Source: Lama guanicoe (lineage: Eukaryota). Taken from it: DNA of 64,000 nucleotides. Made by a program: the position numbers and the translations under genes. Location: NCBI GenBank assembly GCA_013239625.1, contig MU053472.1:496001-560000 (forward strand), in the 5' to 3' direction. The notes under the pieces are model-generated. The model worked only from the letters and a program-made list of their open reading frames with translations. It searched no databases and had not been told where the DNA came from. Below, piece by piece: positions 1-14,300 of this stretch (position 1 is the first letter of the stretch; each line of letters starts with the position of its first letter).

Positions 1-540
1 GAGAGCTATTTCTTCTAACTTTTTTGCTCTCCTATATAGACAGAAAAATCGAGATTATATGGCTCAAAGTGTTTATGTCTCTGTCTCAGAGACCTTCCAC
101 AATGTTGATGTGCTTTGTAAAGATAAATCTTCCTTTTGGGTTTGCCTAAGACCAAAGAGAGTGTAATATTTCAGACTTGAACCCCAAAACTTTATTGCCC
201 TTATTGGTTTAAAAAAAAAAAAAGACTTTGTTAATCTGGTAAAGTTGGATCATGAAGGATGATAAAATCAGAGTTAGATTTATCAGGGATTTAATTCAGC
301 ATATATTTATATGTATTGAATTATCACTGTGTACAAACATTTACTACATTAGGTTCTATAAAGGGTACAAAGATGAGTCAAAACATAGTGGTCCCCATAA
401 TCAAGTTTCTGATGTCTGTGATATGTGGTGTAGGGGACACAAAGCAAATATAAAAATAATTATATAGAAGACAAAATACATGTGACAGACATGAAGCCCA
501 AAACGTTACAGTCAGGGTTCTATTCTTGTTTTGTTTTTAG

Positions 541-639
541 GTCCTCCAAGCCAGGCCATGTGGGCTTTGGGGGATAAGATTGCGTCTTCCATAGTGGCTC
601 AAACTGCAGGTATCCCGACGCTTCCATGGAGTGGCAGTG
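541..639 (+). CDS. ACACA: ACACA exon 1 of window (99 nt): (G)[32 protein letters not shown](G)
   Basis: ttttag|GTCC acceptor, GTG|gtaag donor; biotin carboxylase domain; not in the ORF track. Confidence 0.97.
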
Positions 640-2356
640 GTAAGAAATTATTTCTGGTTTGTATCTTAAAGTGCACAAAAGCTCAGTAAGGTATTTGGGA
701 CTATAACTCGAGGCTTAAGCTTGCTTTAAAATGTATCAGATATTTGACAAGAAATAGAATCCAAGTTGATGAATGGTGTTTTGTATCTCCTGGCTTAATT
801 GATACACCTGTGATTTTATCTTGTCTTAGGAATGCAAATTTTGTACCAGGTGTATAGGTGCTAAATTGTGATGTAGATGATCTTGGGACTCAAGTTGGAG
901 AAACTCTGAGAAAACTCATGTGGTTCTGTGGATTCAGATATGCTCTGGGTAGGCTAGAATCTTCTTCAGAGATGGACTTCTTAGATGGAATAGGCCTTTG
1001 AACCTACCTGGAAGGTGACTGGTATCACTAAGAAAAACCTAAAACCCACCTACTCAGCTGTTTGCCTGGCAGTGTTTTCTTGACGTTAACCCACAATCTA
1101 CCAATGATTTGTTTTGCCTGTTTAATACCATTCAACCTCTCATTTGCCCTTGTTGGAGAAAATGAGGTCAATAACCAACCTTTCTTCCAGGCATGCAGAA
1201 GGATAAATTTTTTCTAAAAATGATTTATTCTTGACAAATCCCTTAAAGAGTGCCATGTGAATTGTTATAGCTGATAATAATATGAGCTTGTGTAGTTTTT
1301 AGTACTCAAGCCCAGTGAGCAGACGTACACTAAAACCTCTTCCAAATGGGAACTACCATTGTCTTGAGTCTGAACAGATTTGAACCCTTATTACTCTGGC
1401 TCTCCAGGGGAATTGCAATATCCTCTCCAGACCTGCTGGGTCAAACAGTTTCAAATAAAAGGTTGAATTTGTTCTTGTTTGAATGGAGAGGCTATACCAT
1501 TCCCCTTGTGGCTGAGTACAGGGTCATTCAGGGAGTATGGAATCATGACTCTGCTGAGGCCAATAAAACCATCACTTCCATTTCCAAGGGCTCATAAAGA
1601 TTGAATTATTTCTCAGACCTCTGGCCCTGGAGCAGGCCTGAACACACAAATCGAAGGTATTTTGCCTGCTGAGTTTCTGTGAGAAGTCTGATGGGGTTTT
1701 TGTTTTTGTTTTTTTGTCTTGTGTATCTTTGCATTGTTTTTAAGTTGCAGCCTATTAGCTCTCTTGGCTTTTGCCAGCACCAGAACTCACGTGGCCAGGT
1801 CTTACAATAGCTAAATCCTGTTAACCCCAAGGACTGGTTGGGGTTTTATGGTATCTTTCTTTTTCCCACCTACCCTTAATTTTGGATAAATATGGGAGCA
1901 TTTTAGAGAAGGTATTAAGCAGAAAACTGACAGGAACAGAAACTCTGATAGCTGCTTTTAAGTCACTGTTATCTATTGCAGGTCTTTGTGTGGACTGGCA
2001 TGAAAGTGACTTTTCCAAACGTATATTAAATGTTCCTCAGGAACTATATGAAAAAGGTTACGTGAAGGATGTGGATGATGGAATGAAGGTAGGTTACTAA
2101 CTCTAGAAAGTGGTGTTTTTCACCAGACCAATTATAGTCACAAATAATGGGGATTTGGAGCCTGGTTCATAATATATACCCATGATGGCATTAGGGTTGT
2201 AAGACCAGGAGGTATAGTTTATAGAATGAGGGAGTGACCTATGTTTAACAACAGTAATTTAAATTTGTTTTCAAGCAAGCTGCTCACCTGGACAGAACAT
2301 TTCTTAGGTGGTTAAATCAGAGCTTTAAGGAGGTACTGATTCTGTTCTCCACCATA

Positions 2357-2394
<38 letters not shown>

Positions 2395-5300
2395 TGAGAT
2401 GGGGTGGAGTGGGGGAGGGGTGGGCAAACAACACTTTTTCTTCTGCTTGAGTTCAGAACCAAGAGGCCAGGCAGATAGAGATCAAAGTGTCAGCTTTATT
2501 ATGGATAGAGATGCTGGTGAAATGATTTAAGTGTGTAGCAACAACCAGATTTGTAAACTGAGCATCAGAGTTAAATGGCCTCACTCCCTCGTTACTGGTG
2601 GTGCCGAATAACCACAGACCTCCCTCTACCGAAACAGAACTTCGGCCACTCAGTTTATTGTATGGCTAAGAGCTAACGAAGAGCACATGTTCTTTGCAGT
2701 GGGCTGATCCCAGAGGGGGAAAAGGCTGAACTATAGGTGCTGTTTCTCACTCCAAACTGACCAATCACAGAATTCACTATTTTTCCCTTGGGGAGGAGTG
2801 AGGGAGGGAGCTGATAGAGTCTGAAAGTATTAATCTAATTATCATCCATCTATGTAGAGACATGAACTGAAGCAAAAAGAGATCTTCTCTCCAAGATTAA
2901 CTTCTCTTTCTTTAATAGTTCTCTCCAGTTTGTTCCGCTTTCACTTTTTAGCTAGTTGGAAGTGTCAGTTTTGCCTCCAGGTAGACGATGAAAGAAGCTG
3001 TGTTTTGGAAAAATACACTGCACATGTTTGACTTGTATGCAGTAATTTCAGAGGAACACTGAATTCTCAGCTAATTTTGCTCTGTTGTTTGCATTTCAAG
3101 TTAAGCATCGTGTAATCTGCTTAATAAGCAGAATTAATATTTCTAATTGAATTGCTGATGCTATATTCTGTTTGTTATAATTTTCAGAAGAGTAGAAGTC
3201 CTTGGTAGGGAATTAGCTGTTTTTCTTATCAATTAAAATTCCTTTTTTTCCCCTGGTTATAAACGTAAAATTTTCTGGTACAAAATTTGGAAAGTCAGAA
3301 GAGAGATGATAAAACCACCCATAAACCCACCATTCAGATATAAATCCTGTGAACATATTCATGTATTTTCTTCCAGCCTTTTTGATTCATAGGTCATATA
3401 ATGATTATTTATAGATTTCAATAATTATAGTTATGATGATAATTATAAAATTAGGGTCTTACTATATACATTGTTTAGTAATCCCAGGCTTTTTTCTACT
3501 TAACATTATATATAAGCATTTTCCTCATGGTGTTAAAATTCTTATGAAGTACTTTAAATGGATGACCTGTGCCTAGAGCTTTCATATATTTTTAAAAGGC
3601 CTGCCTTTTTCTTACATCTTGAGTACCCTATTTTTTTAAAGTTTTTCCCACGTTTGCAGCTATTTCTTCAGTCATTTACCACCCAGTGACTGAATTCATC
3701 ATGCTAATTCTGTTTATAAGCATAGAAGTGAGTAGTTGAGAGGATTTTAGGAGGGATGGAACTGTGAGTGAAAGATTTTCTTGCCTAGTCTACCGACAAA
3801 AATTAAAGTTTGAAATGGTCTTTTTCTGGTGACAAAGTTTTGGATATTGTTATAATGTAAACCACAAAAGACTAGAATGTTTTGACAAAAGAATAACTCA
3901 GGTATTTTAAACTTTTCCCCGATTTACTTTTTGCATTAACTACAGTATGAACATCTTCCATATCATTACATGTAAAGGCTACATCATTGCTTTTAGTAAT
4001 TGCATAGTATTCTAGTAAATAGTTATACCTTGATTCAACTAGCTCCTTACTTCGCAGATATATAATTAATTATTCAAAATGTTTTGGGATCATCACCTGA
4101 TCATTATAAAATACTGTAAATGTGAAAAGCATATTGAGAGCATGTGTTGAAAATTAGTTTTCTGACTACTTTTATTAATATTTTGATATCTTACTATTTT
4201 TATCTTTACAAAAAGTCAAGTGAGAAAAAATTTCTGGATGTGGGAGAATCCTGATTCATTCAGCTTTGTATGTTGTCAGAAGCTATACTGAGACCAGCAG
4301 TTTACATTAAGTGAACTATTTTTTTTGGTCTTCTTTAATGAAAATTATGGGTAATATGTGAACATCTGCACATTATGAGAAATTCTAATAATACAGAAAT
4401 ATGTACAGTAAAAAGTAAAAGTTTATATCCACTCATCTTCCTTTTATAAATCACCACTGGTGGATATTCTGGACTTCTTTTTTGTACTTACATATGTGGG
4501 TATATGAATGCATATATAACTATACATAAACACATAGTTTCATTTTGATTTTGACCTATATGAGATTATTTTAGATTGAATCATACAAAATTGCCAATAT
4601 GTAACCATTATTTACCTACAAAAAAATGCAGTTTCTTTTGGTTCAACCTGATACTACAAATGTTATTTTGTTACTTTTTTTTCACCTAATAGTATATCTT
4701 TAAGATCTACTTTACTACATGTAGACCCCACAAATGACAGTGTTTTTAAGGGGACAAAATGCCAGTTTTCTCCTTCCCTACTAATACCATTCTTACTTCC
4801 ATTTTTCCTTTTTTCTCTTTCTTCTTAAAGGCTGCAGAGGAAGTTGGGTATCCAGTAATGATCAAGGCCTCAGAAGGAGGAGGAGGGAAGGGAATCAGAA
4901 AAGTCAACAACGCCGATGACTTCCCTAACCTCTTCAGACAGGTGGAGTAAAAGTTGTCATTACTTATTTGAACTAACGTGTATATCAGAGATATGTGGAT
5001 TTAACTCACACTGCAATTTGAATGTCCAGAAAATATTTAATTTTTTGTGTATAATCTAGTCTTTCTCTTTAGCCTATACCTGCTTATTAGCAGGGAAAGA
5101 AGTATTAATGAAATGTCCAGTTTAAGATTTTATTCATTTAGGTAATTCAAGCAGTAGATTGATTCTCTCCTATATAAAATTGCGCAGTTTCTCAGATAGC
5201 TCTTCCCAATATGGTGTGTGTGGCTCATAGGACCTCGTAGTGCCAAGGAAGAGTCAATACCTTTCTACATTTCTGCACCCCACTCCTGCTGGCATTGTAT

Positions 5301-8300
5301 ATTAAGTATGTGGTGTGGCTGATTCCCGATCTGGATGCTCCTGCCTTGCTCAGGCTCCCTGATAACCGACGCTGCCTCACTTCAATTCAACTTGGCTGCA
5401 GGCTCCTGAGTTTCTGTCGTATGTCCTGTCCCATCTCCCCTGCTGGCCCAGCAGTCCATACTGTAGCCTGCGCTGCATGGCCACCATACCCTGTCACAGG
5501 GATCCTGTGGCAAGCCCAGGTTCTAGGAGAACTGAGGGTGGCTCAGGAAAGCTAAACCTAGGGTCCCTCTCTGCCTGACCCTCTGATTTGTAGCCAAGTT
5601 GATGTGGCCATACTACAAGTTGGTTATGGAGGTTCAAGAAATTATTTCTTTTCAGGATCTTACTGAAAGAATCGAGAGACAAGAGTCTGTTTTTCCCGCC
5701 CTCAGAGTTACCCTCACATATTTGACTCACCTCTTTTTCTCCTAACAATACCCAGAAAAAGAAGAGTCAGAAAAAGGAAAATTCAGACACTTTCTGGCCT
5801 TTTCACTTTTCTAGCTTCCCACTTTTTCTTATTTTTCTGAGCATCTTTTACTTTGTATCATCTTTTACCTTAGCCATCTTTTATTTGCCCTCTCTTTTTA
5901 AAAAGTCATTCAGCATGAAACTTCTTGCTTCATTGTCATGGGCTAAAGAGAAAAACTGTATGAGCTGAAGTCTTCCATGATTTAATATACTAGACAAAGA
6001 AAGTGATAAAGATATTGTTTTGCTGCATTATCCTGTTTTGAGTGTCAGCATTTGAATATTATCTGTCATTTTCTTTACATTCCTTCTGTAATAATTCTAA
6101 TTTCATAAGTGGATCAGTGCCTCGTGTGGTCTAAAGAAAAGGCCTTTTGCTCTTAGAAGCAGAAGAAGCATGTTAATTTTTAAAATTTTAACTCCTTTAG
6201 ATATTTCAAAACTACTTATTACTATGGAATCAAGTAGTTGAAGAATCTAAACACTAAGATTGGGAAGTTTTTATGTAGAAGTCCTTAAGTTCCAATAATG
6301 ATTAACTAAATAACTCAAATGAGTCCTCCCACTGAGAACAAACTAGAAAAGGTGGACCAAATTTTTTTTTTTTATCTGTTTTAAGGCATTAGAGATCTTT
6401 CAAGGCAGTGAAGAATTTTAGGGCTAAGGTATAGAAGAAGAATGAAATCCAGAGAAGTGAGCCCAGTGTTTGAGGCCATTTTTTTCCTAGAGATATCCTC
6501 TAGTTTGAGAAGAAGCAGTTGAAAAGTTGATTAGATTTTTCAACAGCCTTATAAGACTAAAAAGACAAAACTTAGACTTTAGAGTTTGCAAAGGAGATGC
6601 CCTGGGAAACCTCCCACATTCTAGATTGGGATCTTGAAGGAGTAAGAATGAACTGGAAATAGAACAGCTCTCAAAAGGACTCAATCCCAGCTTCAAAATG
6701 CTCGACCCTTGATTCAAACAAGGTATTGTAGAGTTGCTAGTTTCCCTGGCCACCAACAAGAAGAAAATATAAATTCTCTCCAGAGAACGGTTAACATCCG
6801 GAACCTCAACTTATTTCTATTAATTTTTCAAATATGGTATCAAGCAGTCAATTAAAAATAAGCAGGCATATCAGATTATATGGTTGAACATCAACAAAAA
6901 TAAAAGTCAATAGAAACAGACCCACAGAGTGTTTAGATATGGATCTATTAGACAAGGATTTTAAATGTATTCACGAAAGTTAAAGACAAGATGGAGAATT
7001 TAGGCAGAAAACTGCAAACTATAAAGAAGAAAGAAATGAAGAGTCTTGAACTGAAAATGCAATAACTAAAGTTAAGTCAATAGAGGAGTTAATAGCACAT
7101 TAGATGAAAATGAAGAGAGAATTAGTGACTGGAAGATAGATCAGAAGAGAGTTCAGACTGGAGCATGAAGAGACAAATAGGATGAAAAATATAGAAAAGA
7201 GCATGTCAGAGATTATTTGCAAAGATGACCATGATAACTCTTCCCATCCCTATACACACCACTTTTGTATGATTTTCCTTCCTCTCATTAAGAGATAGAG
7301 TCTTTTTTCCCTCCCTTTGAATTTTGCTTGGCCGTGTGACTTGTGTTGGCCAGTATAATGTGGCAGAAATGGTGTACAAGTTTTGAAGCCAACGCTGCAA
7401 GTTGTCTTGTAGTTTCTGCCCTTGCCCTCTTGGAATGAGCCTCAGAATTGCCTTGTGAAGAGCCCAGTATAGCCTTCTGGAAAAAGGGAGGCCACATAAA
7501 GCAGAAATGAATTGTCCCAGTTGAGGCTTCCTAGATCTGACAGCCCGCACCGCCTTTGAGACAAGAGAGTGAGGCTGTATTAGACCATCCAACCCCAGTC
7601 AAGTTGCCAGATGATTAACTGCACAAGTGGCTCCCAGCCAGGATTAACAAATGAACTGCCCAGCTGAGCCCAGCTCAGATTGCAGTGAGCAAATAAAATA
7701 AAATGGTCTGTGTCCTAAGTCACTACATTTTTGTTTTGTTAGGCATAAATGCATAACTGACACAGAAATTGACACCTAAAGGTGTGATACTGACTACTCT
7801 AACAAAAAAAAAAGAGTAAAATATGTTACATTGGCTTTGAGACTGGCTCATAGGTGGCAGCTAGAAAAATGGCAAAGAGATTGTTAGTGAAGGTTGGAGG
7901 AATGGTGAACAGCCATTTAGTGGAGACTGGAAGGGCAGTGAGGAAATCACAGAGTCTGGAAAAAGGGTAACCCATGTTCTGTGATGATGGAACAATTACT
8001 GGAGGTAACTTATAAAGTAGAGACTGTGCTTAATGAACTTGTAGATCTAGTTAAGGAGATCTGTTTAGATAAAATGTTTAAAGTGTCTATTGAATGCTTT
8101 TGCTTGCTTTTGCCAAGGAAAAGAGATGAACTAAAGGAGGTGTTTCAAAATGATTTGAAAATAGAACTGTTTCTCATTCTCAGTCTCTCCAGCTGACGAA
8201 AGAGTTTCAAAGTGAAAAATGACTTCAGAATAAAGGGCAAATCAAGAATGCCTGGAAAATCCTTTAAAACCTCAGAAATATTTAAGACATTACCTGGTAG

Positions 8301-11300
8301 ATTACTCTTTCACCTAGAATATAAGGGCTTCTAAGAATTTGAAGGGTGTTGTCTCACAGCAGCCTGCCATGCCCAAAGTTTAGTGAGGTCTGTGCAGAAA
8401 AGTTATGGATATGTTTTGGGGGCAAGCAGTGAATTTCCAATATGATTCATAGAAAACCCACAAAGTTTTCAAGAGACTTGTATTGATAAATGCACCAAGG
8501 GGCCTAAAAGGGACAGAGACGGTTCAAACTTCAAAGAGGCTTCTGGGCCCTCAATTTTCTATGAATAGGAAGCAGACTGGGAAAGTTATTCAGCTGTAAA
8601 CATTAGTCATTTTTAATAATAAGAGAGATTTTTCAAAGTGTGGAGCCAGGAGCCCAGAGGGCAGAGCTCAGTGCAGAAGGGAGCCATGGATTAGGAGACC
8701 ACTCTCAGGGAGCAGAACAAGACACTGGAAAAAACAAAATAACCAATGAAAAAATTTAATGCCCCTGGAGTAAGGGAACCTGACAACATCTGCCCATCTG
8801 GATTTTAGAATTGTTGTGGACCAGTGACTGCTCTGTGCCTCCCATCTTCTCTTCTTTGAACTGGAATATCTTTTACAGTTATCTTCTCCACATCTCATCA
8901 TTAAATGTTGGGGGTGTTGGGGGCAGATAACTTGTCTTTTTAGTTCCCAGATGTTTGGATCAAGAGCACCTGGGGAGCTACACCCAAGGAGTCTCTTTTG
9001 CTTATGGACATGACTCATGAGAAAATGGATGTCAAGCCTGATGCCATGATTGGATGACTTTGGGGTTCTTGGGAGGGGGTGAGTCTATTTTGCATGTGGG
9101 AGGTATGTGAATTATTGTGGCCAGAGGGTGGACCATAGTAGATTGTTTGTAGGGATGGCCACAATAACTCCTCCTGTCCTTGTATGTATATCCCTTTGCG
9201 ATGTGAATTTGCCTTTCCTCTCCTTAAGAGGTGGCATCTCTTTTCCCACCCTTGAATCTTAGCTGGCCTTGTGGCTTGCTTAGACCATTAGAATGTAGCC
9301 AAAATGGTGTTGTGTAAGTTCTAGAGCCTAGAGCCTTTGAAGCCTTGCACCTTCTGACCTTACCCTCTTCTTGGAATGCTGCACTGAGGAAGCCTGGTTG
9401 AACCTACTGGAGGATGAGAGGCCACATGCAATGGAGATGAGCTGCTCCCATCAAGGCTCTGTAGACCTCCCAGCAAATAGTCAGCACAAGTCACCAGACA
9501 TTTGAGTGAGACTATTCAGCCCTACTCAAGCTGCTAAATGATGTTATGTGCATGAATGACTGCAGGCAGGACCAGAAGAACTGCCCAGAGAAGCACAGCA
9601 CCATGAGCAAATAAAATGGTTGATGTTCTAAGCAAGTTGCTAAGTTTTGCAGTGACTTGTTACATAGCAAAAAAGCAAAAAAACAAACAAACAAACAAAA
9701 AAAAACAAGAAAGTGATCTAACGTCTTGTACTTTAAGTCTCAGAGAAGAGAAAATGGAGCAGAAGCAATATTTGATGAAATCATGGAGCAGAAGCAATAT
9801 TTGAAGACATAATGGCTACGAGTTTTCCTGAACTGATAAAAGATGCCAAGCAAAGGTTATAGAAAAACACAATGAGCCCCGTAAGGAGAAGTACAGAGAA
9901 AACTACCTCTAAGCTTATCAGAGTAAATCTGCCACTCCACTCCCTGAGAAGAGAGAGAAAAATCTGAAAGCAGCTGGGAAAAAAGTTTACTTTCAAAGGA
10001 GTGACAGTAAGACTGATAGCTGACATCTCAGTAGAAACAGTGGAAACCAGAAAACATTGGGATTTGTTTATCGTGCTGAAAGAAAATGATTTTGCTAGTG
10101 TAGAATTCTGTATCTAATGACAATACACTTCAAAACTGAAGATGAAAGTCCTCTGACTATAGCAATACTCTGTATAACGCAATGTGAACCAGGACGGTAT
10201 CTAGTCTGGAGTAGGTCGTGCATTTAACTGTTTGAAACTGATAGCAGTATTTTGCCCTTTTGTGGAATTTGTGTGTGTGTGTGTGTGTGTGTTTTCAAAA
10301 TATTTTGTTCTTTACCCTTGTAACACATAGGATGTTCATGTTTTCATATTCATCAATTAATTTTAGCTTTATAACTAAGGATGCAGTATCTTCAAAACAG
10401 GTGAGGGCATGAACTTTATTTTATTTATTTTTGTGTTTCTAATGATTAGCATGGTCCCTGACAGTTCTAGGCATCTGCCTGTTGAAATTGAGGCAGCTTA
10501 TCAAGATAGAAAAAGTACTTGACCACTTAAGAATTTGTTCTATTTCCTCTCCTTATATAGGTTCAAGCAGAAGTCCCTGGGTCTCCTATCTTTGTGATGA
10601 GACTAGCCAAACAGTCTCGTCATCTGGAGGTGCAGATCTTAGCAGATCAGTATGGCAACGCTATCTCCTTGTTTGGTCGGGATTGCTCTGTGCAGCGCAG
10701 GCATCAGAAGATTATCGAAGAGGCACCTGCTGCAATTGCTACTCCAGCAGTATTTGAACATATGGAACAGGTGTGTATATGGAGAGCTCTAATTTTTGGT
10801 TTCCTACACAGAACTGCTGTTTACTTGATTCACATGCCACCCTGAGGACAGTGGGATTTCAAACAGTGATTATAACCTTTTCCCAGAGGAAGAACAAAAT
10901 AAAAATGCTACTGTTCTCCTCAACCAGAGATGCCAGCGAGCCCTTCAAACTCTAAATTGGTTAACACTTTTGAGAAAAATCAGTGTACTGTTTTGAGGAG
11001 GGACAAAGAAGAGGAATGTTTGGGGTTTTCAATCTCACTGTTTGTTTCTTTCACGAGTTCGTGATAAGCAGGCGGTTCCATTTTCTAGACTGATTATCAT
11101 GGAGTCTTCAGATGAATTTATTCAGGCCCATTATCTCTTAAAAGGTCCTCTAAGTATCTCTGAAGTTTATACATTCTGTGCTTGTAGATAGAGAAGACTC
11201 TCTCGGCAGTCTTGCCAGGTCCCTTGAAAATAGTTGTAGTTTTTGAGTATGAACTTGGTCTTTTCTGGAACCTTGACTCAGTCTTCATCTTACTGGAGGT

Positions 11301-14300
11301 AGATTTTCCTTCCTTCTTTTTCTCTTGGAGTCCAAAGAAGCTAAATATATGGTCGTTTGTGTTTGAAGTTTAATTTCCATATATGTGTGTGTTAAGATTT
11401 ATTCTTCAATTGCTGTAACAAAGAGGCCTCCAAATACAGTGGTTTAAACAGGTATGAGTTCTATTTCTCTCTCACATGGTAGTTCAGAGATGAACTGGTG
11501 CCAGGAACCCAGGTTTATTGCTTTGCTATTTACTAGGAGAGGAGTCAGCAAACTACAGCTCGCAGGCCAAATCCAACCTGCCAGCTATTTTTGTAAATAG
11601 AATTTTCTTGAAACACAGCATTCAACTTACTTATGTATTATCTATGGCTGCCTTATCACTGCAGTGACAAAGTTGAGTAGTTGTGACAGAGACTACATGG
11701 CCTATAAAGCTGAAAATTGCACTACTGTCTGCCCTTTACTGAAAAAAGTTTGCCAAGCCTTATCCTCGGGTATCATCATCTTCACGGTTAAAGCTGGCCC
11801 ACAAGAATATGTTCACCTTATAGCCTGTGGGAGGGGGAAGAGAGGACATGGGAGACAAGCATATAAAAATATGATCTAGAAGTCACACATCATATTACTT
11901 CTGCTCACTTTCCCCTGGACAGAATTCAGTTATGCAATCACACCTGGCTGCCAGGGGTGTCAGGCAGGAATTGTAGTCACTAATGAGGTGGCTGTTGACT
12001 CAGCTGAAGTTCAGGAGACTCTATCACTAAATGGATGAAGCAAAGAAAAATTACTGGAGGGCATTTGGCAATCTGTGCCTCAGCCTGCTCCTCTGGCTAC
12101 CCATTGTTCTTTCACACCCTTTTTCTCACTCCTAGAACATACTTAGGCTTTCCCCAAAGAAGACAGCCCAAAGTCCCGTCCAGTTCCTGGGTTCAATCAA
12201 AAGTCCCAGATCTCTAGGTAATGTACGGCCCTCTCTGCTAAATGTGCATCTGGCTTTTCAAGGACCAGTGACATAAAATACAAGTTACATACCCCTTGTG
12301 CTTCTTCCTTTCTCCATAAGCAGTGGTGGCATAGGAACAGGGTAACTCCCATTTGGAACAAAGAAGAATGTAAATTAGATGGCAATCATCGGTCCACAGC
12401 TGTTACCAAATTCTTCTAGGCAAGAATTGTAGTGATTTCCTGCCAGGTAGTGGAGTAATTCCTCAGTAATTCCTCTGGCTGCCCCTGGTTCTGCTCTCTG
12501 GAAGTAAATTCTTTGCCCGGTATCCCTCAAGGCACCCTTAAGGCTTTGTCCTCAGGGAGGTTCTTCGTTGTTCAGTCTTCTCTGTGACTCCGCTTCCTTT
12601 GGCAGAGCTGTCACAGCGCACTTCCTGCTGGTGTGGGATTGGCACCATGAAGATTGCTATGATTATCAATCATAGGTTTTGAGAGCCAGGTTTGTGGTTT
12701 GTTTACAAATACAATTCCTTCAAAACTTAGTATGTTTCTGGGCTCTTTACTTCTAGTCAGCTTCAGGTAGGAGTAACCATACCCAAGATTTCTGGACGTA
12801 GTTACATTTCCTCTTTTGTTTACTGCCTACTGTGCTTGGTCTGTCTCTTTCTCTCCTCATGTCAGTATTGGCTCCCTTGAGGCCAGCTGAAACCACTGCA
12901 GGCCCCTTGATTTAATTTTTGACACTGAGTTGCTTCAGGGTAAGAATCTAATCTTCTGGTTTGTGGGGGTTCAAAAGCATTTGGTTTTTTTCACATTCTG
13001 ACTTTTTCTAACCATTTTTCCTATGGCTTAGTTGGTATTTTTGGCTGCGTTCTGAGATATTACAGGAGACAGTTTACCAAATGTTTTGTTATGCCTAACA
13101 AGGAGGCCACCAGCTTTCCAGTCTGCAGTATCTGTTTCTTTGATAGCCACTACCCTATTGTTAAGCCAGCATCACAAACTTTAATTTTTTTTAAATAGCA
13201 TCCTACCTAAATGTAATAGTTTCTGTATTGATTATGGTACAGGTTAAGATATTGTAATAAAGGGATCCAAAAAATAGAACCATCCACATAAGATAGAAGT
13301 TTATTTTACCTTCTCATCGTAATCTGAAGTGAGCTCTCCAGAGCCACTAGGATCCATGAGGCCTTCTTGGGATTCAAGTTCTTTCTGTTTTGTGTTGCCA
13401 TTCTTAGTAATTCTCATCTATGAGAATTTCACCTGTATGGTGAAACAGGCTTGTACTGTCAGGACCATGTTCCAAACCATAGAAGGAGAAAAGCCAGGAA
13501 TAGAGAATAAGCAGTTCCATTTCAAAGCATGATTCAGGGATTATGCATATCACTTACCAATGCTGACATTGCCTTGATTAAAACTTAGTCACTTGCTGTA
13601 TGAGGGGTTGGGAAAATCTAGTCTCTAGCTGGACAGCTGTTTCTGGGAAAAACACCAGAAATACTAGAAACAAGGGTCCAATGAAGCATCTGCCATAGTG
13701 TTACTTTGCCTGCATGTGCATATGCCTGATAGGGCGGGGTTGCCTGTGACCCCAAGTGAAAAACACTCTTTTCACTCAGCTTTGAATTGAGTTTGTCATC
13801 CAGGTCCAGGAATCCTGTATAATAATCAGAGAGAGTGAAATTTACTCTCCTGTGGCCAAAAGCCTTTGGTGGCTCTTAGAAATTGGCTATTTGAGAGGGA
13901 GAAGCTTTAAATAAGCAGTGGTGGCCCATCAGTTGGACAAGGTGAGATACTCAATGCTGGTTTGTCTTTCTTCTTTGAGTGTGCGGTGAAACTTGCCAAA
14001 ATGGTCGGCTATGTGAGCGCTGGGACTGTGGAGTACCTCTACAGCCAGGATGGCAGCTTCTACTTTCTGGAGCTGAACCCTCGGCTCCAGGTGGAGCACC
14101 CTTGTACAGAGATGGTGGCTGATGTCAACCTCCCCGCAGCACAGCTCCAGGTGAGTCACCCTGATCTTGGCTCAAAGAGTTGTCTAGCGAAGTTTGGAAC
14201 GTCAGAGATGCCTGCAAAACTGGTTCAACCAGTGTCTGATAAGAGAAAAGCACCTCCTATCTAAGTCTCACTTAATGTTCATCTCTTGTGCTTTGTGGCT

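Noticed and set aside
7206..9694. ORFs of 60-128 aa inside the MaLR
   Set aside because: Lie in decayed LTR/internal sequence, mostly antisense, with no gag/pol motifs.
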